This document shows positions 1 through 10,588 of a stretch of 64,000 nt of DNA, piece after piece; within the stretch, counting starts at the first letter, position 1; every line of letters begins with the position of its first letter. The notes below the pieces were generated by a model, which was not told the origin of the DNA, ran no database searches, and was given only the letters and a program-made list of their open reading frames with translations. The translations under genes were made by a program, and so were the position numbers. Where the stretch lies: assembly GCA_963662355.1 (NCBI GenBank), contig OY759361.1, positions 456,031-520,030 on the forward strand. Reading direction: 5' to 3'. Origin of the DNA: Gammaproteobacteria bacterium. Lineage in GTDB: Bacteria; Pseudomonadota; Gammaproteobacteria; UBA4575.

Positions 1-1
1 G

Positions 2-424
2 CTGCCACGCGAGTCCTATCTGAAATTTTCACTGGAACCCATGCAGCGTATCGTCTCGGAACTATTGCGCATCAAGACGGAACACCAGGTCCCCATCATT
101 CTGTTCAGCAAGGGGATCAGCAACCAGCTGCCAGACATCGCTGCCACCGGGTGCCATGCCGTCGGTCTGGACTGGACCATGGAACTGGATCATGCACGCG
201 CACTGATCGGTACCCGGGTTGCCCTGCAGGGCAACCTGGACCCGGCGGTCCTGTATGCTCCGGACCAGGTCATCCGCAACGAGGTAAAAAAGATCCTGAA
301 CAAATACGGCCAAGGCACTGGCCATGTCTTTAACCTTGGACATGGCATTCAGCAATATGTGGATCCGGGAAAGGTCACGGTCCTGGTCGATGCCGTCAAG
401 GAACTGAGCCCCGCCTACCACTAG
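2..424 (+). CDS. hemE: Uroporphyrinogen decarboxylase, C-terminal part (starts before the window)
   Basis: Motifs GLDW, ALQGNLDP and HVFNLGHGI; frame is open back to position 2. Confidence 0.95.
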   Translation: MPRESYLKFSLEPMQRIVSELLRIKTEHQVPIILFSKGISNQLPDIAATGCHAVGLDWTMELDHARALIGTRVALQGNLDPAVLYAPDQVIRNEVKKILNKYGQGTGHVFNLGHGIQQYVDPGKVTVLVDAVKELSPAYH

Positions 425-496
425 CCCGGATAGGCATGCTTCGCATGCTACTGGGGCAACCCCATTCAATCCCGATGCAGCGCGGCCTGTCGGCCA

Positions 497-1126
497 TCAT
501 ATTCCCGTCCGGGCAGGCGTCATGTCGAGACGGGTCTGGTCCAGCAGGGTTGCCAGTGCCTTGGTGTTCATTCTCTGCGCACTGCGATTGCAGGTTTTGC
601 TTTTTGGAGGCTGGTGACGCTGGCGCAGGCTGAAGATCATGACCTCGATTTCATGACCCTGACAGGAAAACCCCAGGACGGGCAGGCAGGCATAGTGACG
701 GTTTTGCCGAAAACGCCGCTCTTCAACCCTTACCTCCATACCGCTGCATTCAAGGACTGTCGTGACTTCTTCCAGACAGTCACATGATACATGGATGCTG
801 ATCGGTGTATCCGCACCCGCTGTGCCTTCGAGCACCGGGCCCGTCAGATAGGGAGAAAACCGCACCAGCCAGCTCATCACCGTCAACGCGGTACAACGCA
901 GTCCCCGCAGGGTCCTCTCATGACCGGGCAAGTAGGTTCTCAGGAACGACAGGATGGCCGATTCTATCTCGAGATTGCTGGGCAACGACCCCCCGCGCAG
1001 GGCATTCAGGCGCTCACAGGCCTTGCGCTTGGCCTTCTGATAGTCGTGTACCCCCTCTGCAACAATGATCTTGGCGGCCTCGTGCGCCAGGGATTCGCGA
1101 AGCCGGTCCTGTTTTCTTGCAGCCAC
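497..1126 (-). CDS. Conserved hypothetical protein, possibly nucleotidyltransferase-like
   Basis: 209-aa ORF directly downstream of mrcA; motifs 'AKRKACERL...LPSNLEIE' and 'PYLTGPVLEGTAG'. Confidence 0.7.
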   Translation of the reverse strand: MAARKQDRLRESLAHEAAKIIVAEGVHDYQKAKRKACERLNALRGGSLPSNLEIESAILSFLRTYLPGHERTLRGLRCTALTVMSWLVRFSPYLTGPVLEGTAGADTPISIHVSCDCLEEVTTVLECSGMEVRVEERRFRQNRHYACLPVLGFSCQGHEIEVMIFSLRQRHQPPKSKTCNRSAQRMNTKALATLLDQTRLDMTPARTGI

Positions 1127-1134
1127 GGTATCGC

Positions 1135-3594
1135 TTAAAAGATCTGTTCAGGAGGTTCGGCTTCTCCATCATCTTTGCGGGTAGACGGCATAAGGTCGGG
1201 GTCGGCTTGTTTGCCCCGCACAGGCACATATCCCTGGCGAAACGTCTCTTCGATTCCCTGGTCGTTGTCCTGATCATCAATCGGCAATCCGGTTGCGGGA
1301 TCGATCCGCACGGTGACAATGGTCTCGGGCTGCTTGAGCGTGTTTTCCGCCTTGTCCTGGAGCGCAAACCGCATGAACTCGATCCACACAGGCAGCGCTG
1401 CCACCCCGCCCACTTCCCTGCGCCCGAGCGGCCTGTACCCATCAAATCCTACCCAGGCAATGGCCACAATATCACCGTTGAAGCCACTGAACCACGCATC
1501 TCTCTGTTCATTGGTGGTACCTGTCTTTCCGGCCAAATCACTGCGCCCCAGCTGACGTGCCTTACGGCCTGTGCCAAACTGTATCACGTCCTGCAACATG
1601 CTTACCATCTGGTAGGCATTCCCCCGGGGCAATACACGCTGCGCCATCTGGATCCCGGAGTCGCCCACCTCGTCCTGCTCCATGATCTCACTACTGCTGA
1701 CCAGCAACTGCTCCTGCAGCGCCAGACAGTCCTCTTCGCACACCATATGCGGACTGGACCGGAACAGGACCTGTCCCTTGTAATCTTCAATCCGTTCAAT
1801 GACATACGGTTCAATATAGTACCCGCCATTGGCAAACACCGCATACCCCCGGGCCATTTCAAACGGCGTGACCGCACCCGAGCCCAGAGCCAGACTCAGG
1901 TTTCTGGGCAAGCGCTCGCTGGCAAAGCCAAATCTGGCGATATGCTGCACAGCGTACCGATGCCCTACACCCCGCAGCACCCGGATAGAAACCATATTGC
2001 GTGATTTTGTGAGCGCATCGCGCAGACGCGTGGGACCGAAAAACTTGCCGCTGTAATTCTTGGGCCGCCAGGTATTCTCCAGGCTCTCATCCTCAAATAC
2101 CACCGGCGCATCGTTCACGATACTGGCTGGCGTGTAGCCGGATTCCAGTGCTGCAGAATAGATGAATGGCTTGAAACTGGACCCGGGCTGACGCTCGGCC
2201 TGCATGACACGATTGAACTTGCTGCGGCTGTAATCGTACCCGCCCACCAGGGCCAGCACACTGCCGTTTTGGGGATCGATGGCAATGAAGGCCCCCTCAA
2301 CCTCGGGAATCTGGCTCAGGGTCCATGTGCCGGACCCGGTTTTTACCACCCGGATGACATCACCGAGCGCAAACATGCTGACAAAGTCCCCCGGTGTCTC
2401 GCCCATGACATTTTCACTGACATAAGCCTTCGCCCACTTAGCCTGGGCGATGGACAGCGTGGCGGACTGCTGGTTGCCCAGGTACACCTCGATTTCCTGA
2501 GGGTCGACCCGGGTCACTATGGCCGGTGTCAGACCGCCCGTCTTACGCAAGCCGCCCAGTGCCTCATCCAGCTTGGCGAGATCGGCAACCCCCTCTTGCG
2601 TGTACGCAAGCTGCAGATGGGATTCCACACCACGGTAGCCATGGCGCCGGTCATACGCTTGCAACCCATCCCGCAGGGCCTGCTGTGCCTGCTGCTGAAG
2701 TTCGCTGTTGACTGTCGTGTACACACGGTAGCCCTTTTTGTAGGTATCGGTTCCGAAGGAATCAAACATCTGCGAGCGGGCCATCTCACCGATATACGGC
2801 GCATGCACTTCCACTTTGGGGTAATGCAGCGATGCGGTGACCGGCTCGTCCAGCATGCCCTGGTACACGTCCGTGCCGATGAACCGCAACTCATGCATCC
2901 TTCCCAGCACATAGTCGCGGCGCACAATGGCACGCTCCGGGTTGATGATAGGGTTGAAGCGTGAAGGGGCCTTGGGCAATCCCGCTATCATCGCGATCTG
3001 TGCAAGATTCAATTCGTGCACACCCAGCCCGTAATAGACTTCTGCCGCAGCCCCGACACCGTATGCACGGTTACCCAGGTAGATCTTGTTCAGGTACAGC
3101 TCGAGGATCTCGTCCTTGTTGAATTCATGTTCGATTCTCAGGGCCAGGAAGATTTCCTTGATCTTGCGGGTGTAGGTGCGCTCATTGCCGAGAAAGAAAT
3201 TCCTGGCCAGTTGCATCGTGACCGTGCTTCCTCCCTGACGCTTTTCTCCGGTGAGCAGTACACTGATTGCAGCCCGCAGAAGACCCTGGTAATCGACCCC
3301 GAGATGTTCGTAGAACCGGTCATCCTCGGCAGCCAGAAATGCCTGCACCAGTACTTCGGGCAGTTCATCAACTTCCAGCGGCTCACGACGTTGCTCACCA
3401 TATACCGCGATCAGTTTGCCATCGCGACTGTAGACCTTGAGCGGCACCTGCAGCTCCACATCCCTGAGCATGGACACTCCGGGCAGGGAAGGAGCGAGGT
3501 AAATGTAGGCTCCCAGCACTGCAGCGATGACAGCGAGAAATGCCCCGAACACCCCGGCCAGCCCGAGGCGCAAGAGCTTCAGGAAGGTGGACAT
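1135..3594 (-). CDS. mrcA: Penicillin-binding protein 1A
   Basis: Transglycosylase motifs EDDRFYEH and GGSTVTMQLARN; transpeptidase motifs SSFK, SRN and KTG; N-terminal TM anchor; likely start is ATG 3594. Confidence 0.97.
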   Translation of the reverse strand: MSTFLKLLRLGLAGVFGAFLAVIAAVLGAYIYLAPSLPGVSMLRDVELQVPLKVYSRDGKLIAVYGEQRREPLEVDELPEVLVQAFLAAEDDRFYEHLGVDYQGLLRAAISVLLTGEKRQGGSTVTMQLARNFFLGNERTYTRKIKEIFLALRIEHEFNKDEILELYLNKIYLGNRAYGVGAAAEVYYGLGVHELNLAQIAMIAGLPKAPSRFNPIINPERAIVRRDYVLGRMHELRFIGTDVYQGMLDEPVTASLHYPKVEVHAPYIGEMARSQMFDSFGTDTYKKGYRVYTTVNSELQQQAQQALRDGLQAYDRRHGYRGVESHLQLAYTQEGVADLAKLDEALGGLRKTGGLTPAIVTRVDPQEIEVYLGNQQSATLSIAQAKWAKAYVSENVMGETPGDFVSMFALGDVIRVVKTGSGTWTLSQIPEVEGAFIAIDPQNGSVLALVGGYDYSRSKFNRVMQAERQPGSSFKPFIYSAALESGYTPASIVNDAPVVFEDESLENTWRPKNYSGKFFGPTRLRDALTKSRNMVSIRVLRGVGHRYAVQHIARFGFASERLPRNLSLALGSGAVTPFEMARGYAVFANGGYYIEPYVIERIEDYKGQVLFRSSPHMVCEEDCLALQEQLLVSSSEIMEQDEVGDSGIQMAQRVLPRGNAYQMVSMLQDVIQFGTGRKARQLGRSDLAGKTGTTNEQRDAWFSGFNGDIVAIAWVGFDGYRPLGRREVGGVAALPVWIEFMRFALQDKAENTLKQPETIVTVRIDPATGLPIDDQDNDQGIEETFRQGYVPVRGKQADPDLMPSTRKDDGEAEPPEQIF

Positions 3595-4222
3595 GGCCCT
3601 GGTAGAGCAGTGCAGAAACCCGGGATCACCCGGCAAACGACAGGAATCCGGTCCGGACCGCCAGCCGGGACGGCATGGCATCCTTGCTTATTACCAGGTA
3701 CAGGCATACAAAGACTCCCGCAAACCTCATTGATTCAACGCTAATGGACCGCTCCGGGAAAGGCAGTTCCCAGTCCCGTCATTGTAGGGGAAAGCGCCCT
3801 GCAAGTCATGGCACAGGAGAAGTGGTGCTGCGCTCTTGCCAGCTTCTCCCGCCAGGCAGGCACCCGGGATCGAGTGTACGCAGGGTGATGGATGGTATAC
3901 CGGAACGAAGTCAAATCGTGAGAATTTTTGCACACTTTCCATCATCCCCCTTGCTGGCAAGTGTACCTGCGCTTAGAATGCTGCCCATACCAATCACAAC
4001 TATCTACGATAACTATCAGGGGACCCTTCCCAGTTTCAGACCCTGCGGGAACTGGCCCAATATGTAGATTCACATTCCGGATGAAGGTTCCCGGGTCTGG
4101 GACCTCCAGTCGGCACCCCGCCGCAATCTCCCGATTGGTTTGATTGCCCCGGATCCTAGACGGCCGGTATGCTGGATACCATACGGCCCCTAGCCCGGAC
4201 GCAGGCACCCTTCAGAATCGGG

Positions 4223-4441
4223 ATGATGGAGCTGCGCATGGCTGACAGCGACTGCACCCAGACACCCGGCTCTACGGCCCAATGCTGGTGGCAGCCATAC
4301 CGGGATACCGGGGGTATTGCCGTTTTCCATGTGGACCTGACCCCGAATAGGATTCGGGAAGCAAATGCGCTGGCGTGGCTCGACAAGAAAGAGCAAGCAA
4401 GACGGAATCGCTTTGTGCATGCCCGCCCCCGCCGGGTGTGA
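4223..4441 (+). pseudogene. N-terminal fragment resembling an Sfp-type 4'-phosphopantetheinyl transferase
   Basis: 'VFHVDL...ALAWLDKKEQARRNRF..RPRR' resembles a PPTase N-terminus, then stops abruptly. Confidence 0.45.
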
Positions 4442-4539
4442 CGGCAGCTTCCTGTGTGATGGGGTGAGCTGTTTTCATTTATACTCTTTGCACTAGGCTT
4501 TTGCCTGCCCAGCATTCGACACCAGAAACACATTGCCTG

Positions 4540-5055
4540 ATGAAAACCGGAAACATCATCCTGATCGGCGCGATGGGAGCCGGAAAATCGACCGTCGGAC
4601 GCAAGCTTGCCAATCGCCTGAAAATGCCATTTCATGACAGCGACCGGGTCATTGAAGAAAAAACGGGTGTCGATATTGCTACAATCTTTGAATACGAAGG
4701 CGAAGAAGGTTTCCGGGCACGAGAGGAAAATGCCATTGGCGAGCTATGTCGGCGGAAAAATTTTATTCTTGCAACAGGGGGCGGGGCAATCCTTTCAAAG
4801 AACACCCGGGAAGTACTGTCTGCGACCGGTACGGTGTTTTACCTGAAGGCCACAGCCGAAGTCCTGTTTGAGCGGATACGGGATGACTCGAAACGCCCCC
4901 TGCTGAACACACGGGACCGCAAGCGCACCCTTGCCGACCTGCTGCAGCAAAGAGAACCGTTCTATCTGGAAACAGCGGATCACACGATCACGACCGGGCA
5001 TCACAACACGAACTGGATAGCCGAACAGATTATGAGGCATTTGAACAGTGCCTAG
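4540..5055 (+). CDS. aroK: Shikimate kinase
   Basis: Walker A GAMGAGKST, EGEEGFR, ATGGG and RPLL motifs; upstream of aroB. Confidence 0.97.
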   Translation: MKTGNIILIGAMGAGKSTVGRKLANRLKMPFHDSDRVIEEKTGVDIATIFEYEGEEGFRAREENAIGELCRRKNFILATGGGAILSKNTREVLSATGTVFYLKATAEVLFERIRDDSKRPLLNTRDRKRTLADLLQQREPFYLETADHTITTGHHNTNWIAEQIMRHLNSA

Positions 5056-5084
5056 GCGAGAATACACAGACCAGAATTTTTCAC

Positions 5085-6170
5085 ATGACTACATTTGAGG
5101 TGCAACTGGGCGAGCGCAGCTACCCGGTGTATATCGGTACAGGTCTTCTCGCGCACTCGCGGTACCTGGAACAGCACATCCACGGCAGCTCTATTTTCAT
5201 CATCAGCAATGAAAAGGTTGCCCCGTTGTACCTGGATGCCGTCAGGCAGCATCTCGGAGCGTACCGCTGTGCGCATCTGACGCTGCCGGACGGCGAGTCC
5301 TCAAAGTCTCTGGACACCATGAACCGGGTGTACAGTACCCTGCTGGAAAACCGTTGCGATCGGGATACGACGCTACTCGCACTCGGAGGGGGGGTGATCG
5401 GCGACATCACGGGTTTCGCAGCAGCAACCTACCTGCGGGGCGTGGCATTCATCCAGATTCCCACCACATTGCTGGCCCAGGTGGATTCCTCTGTAGGCGG
5501 CAAGACCGGTGTCAATCATGCGCTGGGCAAAAACATGATCGGTGCATTCTACCAACCGAAGTGCGTGATCGCCGACCTGGATACCCTGAACACCCTGGAT
5601 GACCGCGAACTTAGTGCGGGAATTGCGGAAATCATCAAGTACGGGCTCATACGCGATGCCGAATTCTTTGACTGGCTGGAACTGAATATAGACAGGCTCC
5701 TCACGCGAGACCCGAAGGTCCTGGGGTTTGCTGTTCATCGCTCGTGCCGGAACAAGGCAGAGGTCGTCGCTGCCGACGAACTGGAGAAAAGTGGAATGCG
5801 GGCCCTGCTGAATTATGGTCACACCTTCGGCCATGCCATCGAGACCGCTACCGGGTACGGAAGCTGGCTGCATGGAGAGGCCGTAGCCTGCGGCATGCTG
5901 ATGGCCGCCCGACTGTCGATCAACCTGGGCTGGCTGGAAGAGGAGGCCGGCGTGCGGCTCGAGCGTCTGCTGCACAAGGCCGGACTGCCCACCTGCCCGC
6001 CTGACACCATACATGCCGATCAACTCCTGGAGCACATGGCAGTCGATAAAAAGACCCGTGCAGGCACGCTGCACCTGATATTGCTGCGGGCCATCGGTCA
6101 GGCCGTGCTCACTGCAGATTTCTCCGATTCTCAGCTCAAGGGCGTAGTGCAGGAATTCTGCAACCCATAG
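5085..6170 (+). CDS. aroB: 3-dehydroquinate synthase
   Basis: GGGVIGD, PTTLLAQVDSSVGGKTG, LNYGHTFGHAIE and LHGEAV motifs. Confidence 0.98.
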   Translation: MTTFEVQLGERSYPVYIGTGLLAHSRYLEQHIHGSSIFIISNEKVAPLYLDAVRQHLGAYRCAHLTLPDGESSKSLDTMNRVYSTLLENRCDRDTTLLALGGGVIGDITGFAAATYLRGVAFIQIPTTLLAQVDSSVGGKTGVNHALGKNMIGAFYQPKCVIADLDTLNTLDDRELSAGIAEIIKYGLIRDAEFFDWLELNIDRLLTRDPKVLGFAVHRSCRNKAEVVAADELEKSGMRALLNYGHTFGHAIETATGYGSWLHGEAVACGMLMAARLSINLGWLEEEAGVRLERLLHKAGLPTCPPDTIHADQLLEHMAVDKKTRAGTLHLILLRAIGQAVLTADFSDSQLKGVVQEFCNP

Positions 6171-6174
6171 CGTC

Positions 6175-7365
6175 ATGCGCGGCATACCGGCATCACATCC
6201 CGAACCGAATACCCGTGTGCGAGGCCAGGCCCCCTACGCCGCCAAGGATGCAGCTTCCAGGGGACGCCAGCACGCGGAAGCCCCTGCGTCTCACCGGGGA
6301 GAATTCCAGCGCGACCGGGAGCGGATCATCCACAGTACCGCGTTTCGCAGGCTGGAATACAAGACCCAGTTATTTGTCAATCATGAAGGGGACCTGTTTC
6401 GCACCCGGCTCACACATTCCATTGAAGTCGCCCAGGTCGCACGCAGCGCCGCGAACGCCATGGACCTCAATGAGAACCTCAGCGAAGCCATTGCCCTGGC
6501 GCACGACCTGGGCCATACACCGTTCGGGCATGCCGGGCAAGATGCGCTCAATGCATGCATGCACCAGCACGGCGGTTTTGAACACAACCTGCAGTCCCTG
6601 CGGGTCGTGGACAAGCTGGAACTGAAATACCCGCAGTTCCCGGGACTGAACCTGACGTTCGAGACACGGGAGGGCATACTCAAGCATTGCTCGAAGAAGA
6701 ATGCGCAGGCACTGGGCGAGGTTGGCCGACGTTTCATTGACCGGTCACAGCCCGGCCTGGAAGCCCAGCTTGCCAATGTTGCCGATGAGATCGCCTACAA
6801 CAACCACGACATCGATGACGGCCTGCGTGCAGGCCTGGTCACCATCGCCCAGCTCAGGGAGATCAGGCTGTTTGATCATCACTACTCGGCGGTCGAACAG
6901 GAATTTCCGGAACTCAGCGTGCGCAGAAAGATGTACGAAACTATCCGCCGCATCCGCCGGGATCTGGTCGGCGACCTGGTCGCAGCCAGTCAGGCCGCGA
7001 TCAGCCAGCAACAGATCACCAGCATCGACGATGTTCGCGGCCATGACGAGGTGCTGATCCGGTTCAGCCAGTCCATGAAACGGAAAAACCAGGAACTGAA
7101 ATCCTTTTTACGAAAAAACCTCTACCGGCACTACCGCGTATACCGCATGAACCGCCAAGCCAGAAAAGTGGTTTCGGACCTCTACGCGGTATTTTTTGAG
7201 GATACCCGTCTGATGCCGGATGAATATCACGAACTGGCGACAGCAGCCCGGAAACAGCTCGGGGAAAGCGGGCGTGCCCGGGTCATCGCCGACTATATCT
7301 CCGGAATGACCGACCGCTACGCCATCGCCGAGCACAATCGCGTGTTCAATGCAAAAATCATCTGA
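6175..7365 (+). CDS. dgt: dGTP triphosphohydrolase (HD domain)
   Basis: FRRLEYKTQ, RTRLTHS, AHDLGHTPFGHAG and DYISGMTD motifs. Confidence 0.95.
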   Translation: MRGIPASHPEPNTRVRGQAPYAAKDAASRGRQHAEAPASHRGEFQRDRERIIHSTAFRRLEYKTQLFVNHEGDLFRTRLTHSIEVAQVARSAANAMDLNENLSEAIALAHDLGHTPFGHAGQDALNACMHQHGGFEHNLQSLRVVDKLELKYPQFPGLNLTFETREGILKHCSKKNAQALGEVGRRFIDRSQPGLEAQLANVADEIAYNNHDIDDGLRAGLVTIAQLREIRLFDHHYSAVEQEFPELSVRRKMYETIRRIRRDLVGDLVAASQAAISQQQITSIDDVRGHDEVLIRFSQSMKRKNQELKSFLRKNLYRHYRVYRMNRQARKVVSDLYAVFFEDTRLMPDEYHELATAARKQLGESGRARVIADYISGMTDRYAIAEHNRVFNAKII

Positions 7366-7549
7366 AGCATCCTGCACGCCAGTGAATACTTGACCCGATC
7401 CTGATCGAAGGCGCATCATTGAATGACCGGATAACGGACCTGGACCTGCCCGGGCGCTGCCGGGCGCCTGAATCGGAACAAGCGTACAGGACCGTGAAGA
7501 AAAACCATAAAATTCGCATCTTGCACTGCGCAACAGCAACGAATCCATT

Positions 7550-9262
7550 GTGTCGACAAGAATCCCCCAGTCCTTCCTCGATGAGCTCATCACACGTACC
7601 GACATCGTAGAACTTATCAACAGCTACGTACCGCTGAAAAAGAAGGGCAAGGAATACATGGCCTGCTGCCCTTTCCACAATGAAAAGACCCCGTCGTTCA
7701 CGGTAAGCCCGGACAAGCAGTTCTATTACTGCTTCGGATGTGAGGCACACGGTACCGCCCTGGGTTTTCTGATGGAGTATGAACGGCTTGAATTTCTGGA
7801 AGCCGTGGAGGCCCTGGCACAGCATGCAGGCATGGAGGTTCCACGGGACCAGCTCACGCCCGCGCAGCAGAGTTACCAGAAGTTCTTCAACCTGCTCGAA
7901 CAGGCCCAGGCCCATTTTCGGGAAATGTTGTGTACCCACTCCACGGCCAGCGCTTATCTGAAAAACCGCGGTTTGAGTGATGAAGTCATCGCCCGGTTTG
8001 GCCTGGGTTATGCCCCGGACCGGTTTGACGGCCTGCTGAACCATCTCAGGCATGCCGCCACCGAGGCACAACTGCTCAAGTGCGGGCTGATCAAAAAGAA
8101 CGCCAGGGGAAACCTGTATGATCTCTTTCGAAACCGGATCATGTTTCCGATCAAAGACCGGCGCGGGCGCGTCATCGCTTTTGGCGGAAGAGTGATTGAT
8201 GATGCGATGCCCAAGTATCTGAACTCACCGGATTCTCCGGTGTTTCACAAAAGCGAAGTGCTGTACGGCATGCATGAAGCACGCAAGGCCAAGGCAACCC
8301 AGCACAGCGTGCTGGTGGTGGAGGGCTATATGGATGTGCTGGCCCTGGCACAGCATGGGATCGAAAACACCGTGGCCACACTGGGCACTTCGACGACGAC
8401 CCCGCACATCCAGCAGCTCTACCGTCACACCCAGGAAATCATATACTGCTTTGACGGCGATGCAGCCGGGCAAAAGGCCGCATGGCGCGCAGCGGAACAC
8501 ACCATCCCCGGATTCAAGGATGGGCTGGAAGCGAAGTTTCTGTTCCTGCCACAGGGTGAAGACCCGGACAGCCTGATCCGTTCGCGAGGCAAGACGGTCT
8601 TCCAGCAGTACATGAAAGAAAGCCTGCCGCTCTCCACTTTCATTTTTGAAAGGCTGAGCCAGGAAATTGATCTCAGCACACCTGCCGGAAAAGCCCGGCT
8701 TGCACAGATGGCCAGGCCATTACTTGAAAAATTCCCGGACGGGGTATTCAAGAAACTGATTTTTGAAGAACTGGAAAACAAGGTCGGTGTCGCAGTACAG
8801 CGCAGTCCGGCCCGGCCCGTTGCCCACACGAAAAATTTCAGGCTGACGGATGCACTGACCCGCTCGACTCCGGTTCGACTGGCGATCTCGGCCCTGCTGC
8901 ATGAACCTTCACTTGCTGCAGAGGTGTCCTCCCTGGACCTGTTGCAGAAATCACTGATTCCGGGTGTACCGCTCCTTACAAGGGTCATCACGATCTGGAA
9001 AGAGGAACCTGACCTGGGGCATGCAGCGCTGATCGAGCGCTTTCGTGGGCAGCAGGAGGCCGACCAGTTGCAAAAGCTGCTCACCTGGAACTCACCCAGA
9101 TTGCAGAACCCCAAGCAGGCATTCGAGGATGCCATGAACTGGATCTGCCGCAAGACACAGAGCACAAGAATCCAGGGACTGATCGAAAAGGAAAAGGAGG
9201 ATGGCCTGAGTGAGCAGGAAAAGCAGGAACTCAGAGACTTGCTGCACCGGAAAATGGCCTGA
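7550..9262 (+). CDS. dnaG: DNA primase
   Basis: Zn finger CPFH...CFGC, FGGR, KYLNSP, TOPRIM EGYMD and DGDAAG. Confidence 0.98.
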   Translation: MSTRIPQSFLDELITRTDIVELINSYVPLKKKGKEYMACCPFHNEKTPSFTVSPDKQFYYCFGCEAHGTALGFLMEYERLEFLEAVEALAQHAGMEVPRDQLTPAQQSYQKFFNLLEQAQAHFREMLCTHSTASAYLKNRGLSDEVIARFGLGYAPDRFDGLLNHLRHAATEAQLLKCGLIKKNARGNLYDLFRNRIMFPIKDRRGRVIAFGGRVIDDAMPKYLNSPDSPVFHKSEVLYGMHEARKAKATQHSVLVVEGYMDVLALAQHGIENTVATLGTSTTTPHIQQLYRHTQEIIYCFDGDAAGQKAAWRAAEHTIPGFKDGLEAKFLFLPQGEDPDSLIRSRGKTVFQQYMKESLPLSTFIFERLSQEIDLSTPAGKARLAQMARPLLEKFPDGVFKKLIFEELENKVGVAVQRSPARPVAHTKNFRLTDALTRSTPVRLAISALLHEPSLAAEVSSLDLLQKSLIPGVPLLTRVITIWKEEPDLGHAALIERFRGQQEADQLQKLLTWNSPRLQNPKQAFEDAMNWICRKTQSTRIQGLIEKEKEDGLSEQEKQELRDLLHRKMA

Positions 9263-9641
9263 CGCGCGAGGTCCGGGAAACCGGGATATGGGGTGTTTTA
9301 CAGCCGGATGTGAAACTGCGTATACTCAAGATTGAGCGAAAAGACGGCCAGGACCTGGCCAAGCTGAACGACAAACTGGATGACACAGGTATAGGAGAAC
9401 GTGTGATTGCACAGGCAGTGGTTGAATGACCGATAAGCGTACAACACCACCCAAGAGCCGGTTCAACAGCCCACCGTTGAGACCGTACAGCAAATGAGTG
9501 CAGAAGAGTTGCTTGCCTTTGAGCGGTTGTCTTATGCCATGAAGGAGGCTGACAAGGACGACTACCAGCCTGGTATTGATTTGGACATTTTCCCGCAAGA
9601 CGCTACCTAGAAAAGGGTTGCCTGCGGGGCACCCCCGGGAT

Positions 9642-10322
9642 ATGTACGATTTCTCACGGAAAGCTTACAAGGTACTGTTTAACAGGCACCTGATTAATCT
9701 TCTGCGTGTACACCGCATTAACACAGTCCTTGATGTTGGGGCGAATAGAGGGCAGTTCGGGTCCTTGCTTCGAAAGCTCGGATTTAAGGGAATAATTCTG
9801 TCATTCGAACCGCTTGCAGATACTTTCAATCTCCTTGAGAAACGCTCAAGACATGATGCAAATTGGCACGCATACAACTTTGCGCTAGGAGATACCCAAG
9901 GCTCGCTTGCTTTGAATGTTCTGCATGGCCGAGGGCTCTCATCCTTCCTTGAACCGAATGCATATTGCAGGAATTTTCTCCAAAAGAAATCCGGTATCGA
10001 TGAGTCATTGTCCGTTAGCGTAAAGACGCTAGATTCCGTATTCGCTGATCTCCCATGTGACGATACGAGCAGGATTCACCTGAAAATGGACACCCAGGGA
10101 TATGACCTGAGAGTATTTGCTGGAGCCACAGAGACTTTGCAGGCCGTCCAGACCATGCAGGCGGAACTGTCGATTCACGCCCTGTATGAGGGCATGCCCA
10201 ATTATCTGACTGCATTGACGGCATACGCTGAGGCAGGATTTTCCCCCAGTGGATGGTTCCCCATCTTGAGAGATAAGGTTTCCTTGATCGAATGCGATGT
10301 GCTAATGACCAGAAATCCCTGA
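9642..10322 (+). CDS. FkbM-family methyltransferase
   Basis: VLDVGANRGQF, SFEP and LKMDTQGYDL motifs. Confidence 0.9.
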   Translation: MYDFSRKAYKVLFNRHLINLLRVHRINTVLDVGANRGQFGSLLRKLGFKGIILSFEPLADTFNLLEKRSRHDANWHAYNFALGDTQGSLALNVLHGRGLSSFLEPNAYCRNFLQKKSGIDESLSVSVKTLDSVFADLPCDDTSRIHLKMDTQGYDLRVFAGATETLQAVQTMQAELSIHALYEGMPNYLTALTAYAEAGFSPSGWFPILRDKVSLIECDVLMTRNP

Positions 10323-10567
10323 AGACATCTCGCAAAACCTGCCTCTCAATTGGCTTAGCCTCCAGAGGCTGAATTTTGTTTTCTTTCGGGAGGTGTTATT
10401 CCAGCCTGCCATGCGGCGGCAAATTCTGGCTTCTGTACCAGGCCGAAACCAGATAAGGCATGATACACAGCGCGAGCAGACATTCCTTTCACAACATTGA
10501 TTTTATAATTGACCTGATAGACGCCAGGGAGCCAAAGTCCAGAAAGCGTGGACCTTGCAAAAAACGA

Positions 10568-10588
10568 ATTTCAAACTGAGACACGGCC
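10568..10588. repeat. Degenerate orphan right end of a related IS1-family element
   Basis: ATTTCAAACTGAGACACGGCC matches the right TIR at 15503-15523 (ATTTCAAACTCATACACTACC) at 17/21 positions and abuts the target duplication. Confidence 0.65.

Noticed and set aside
9300-9610. Short gene-like fragments between dnaG and the FkbM gene
   Set aside because: Interrupted and unassignable to any family; probably relics.
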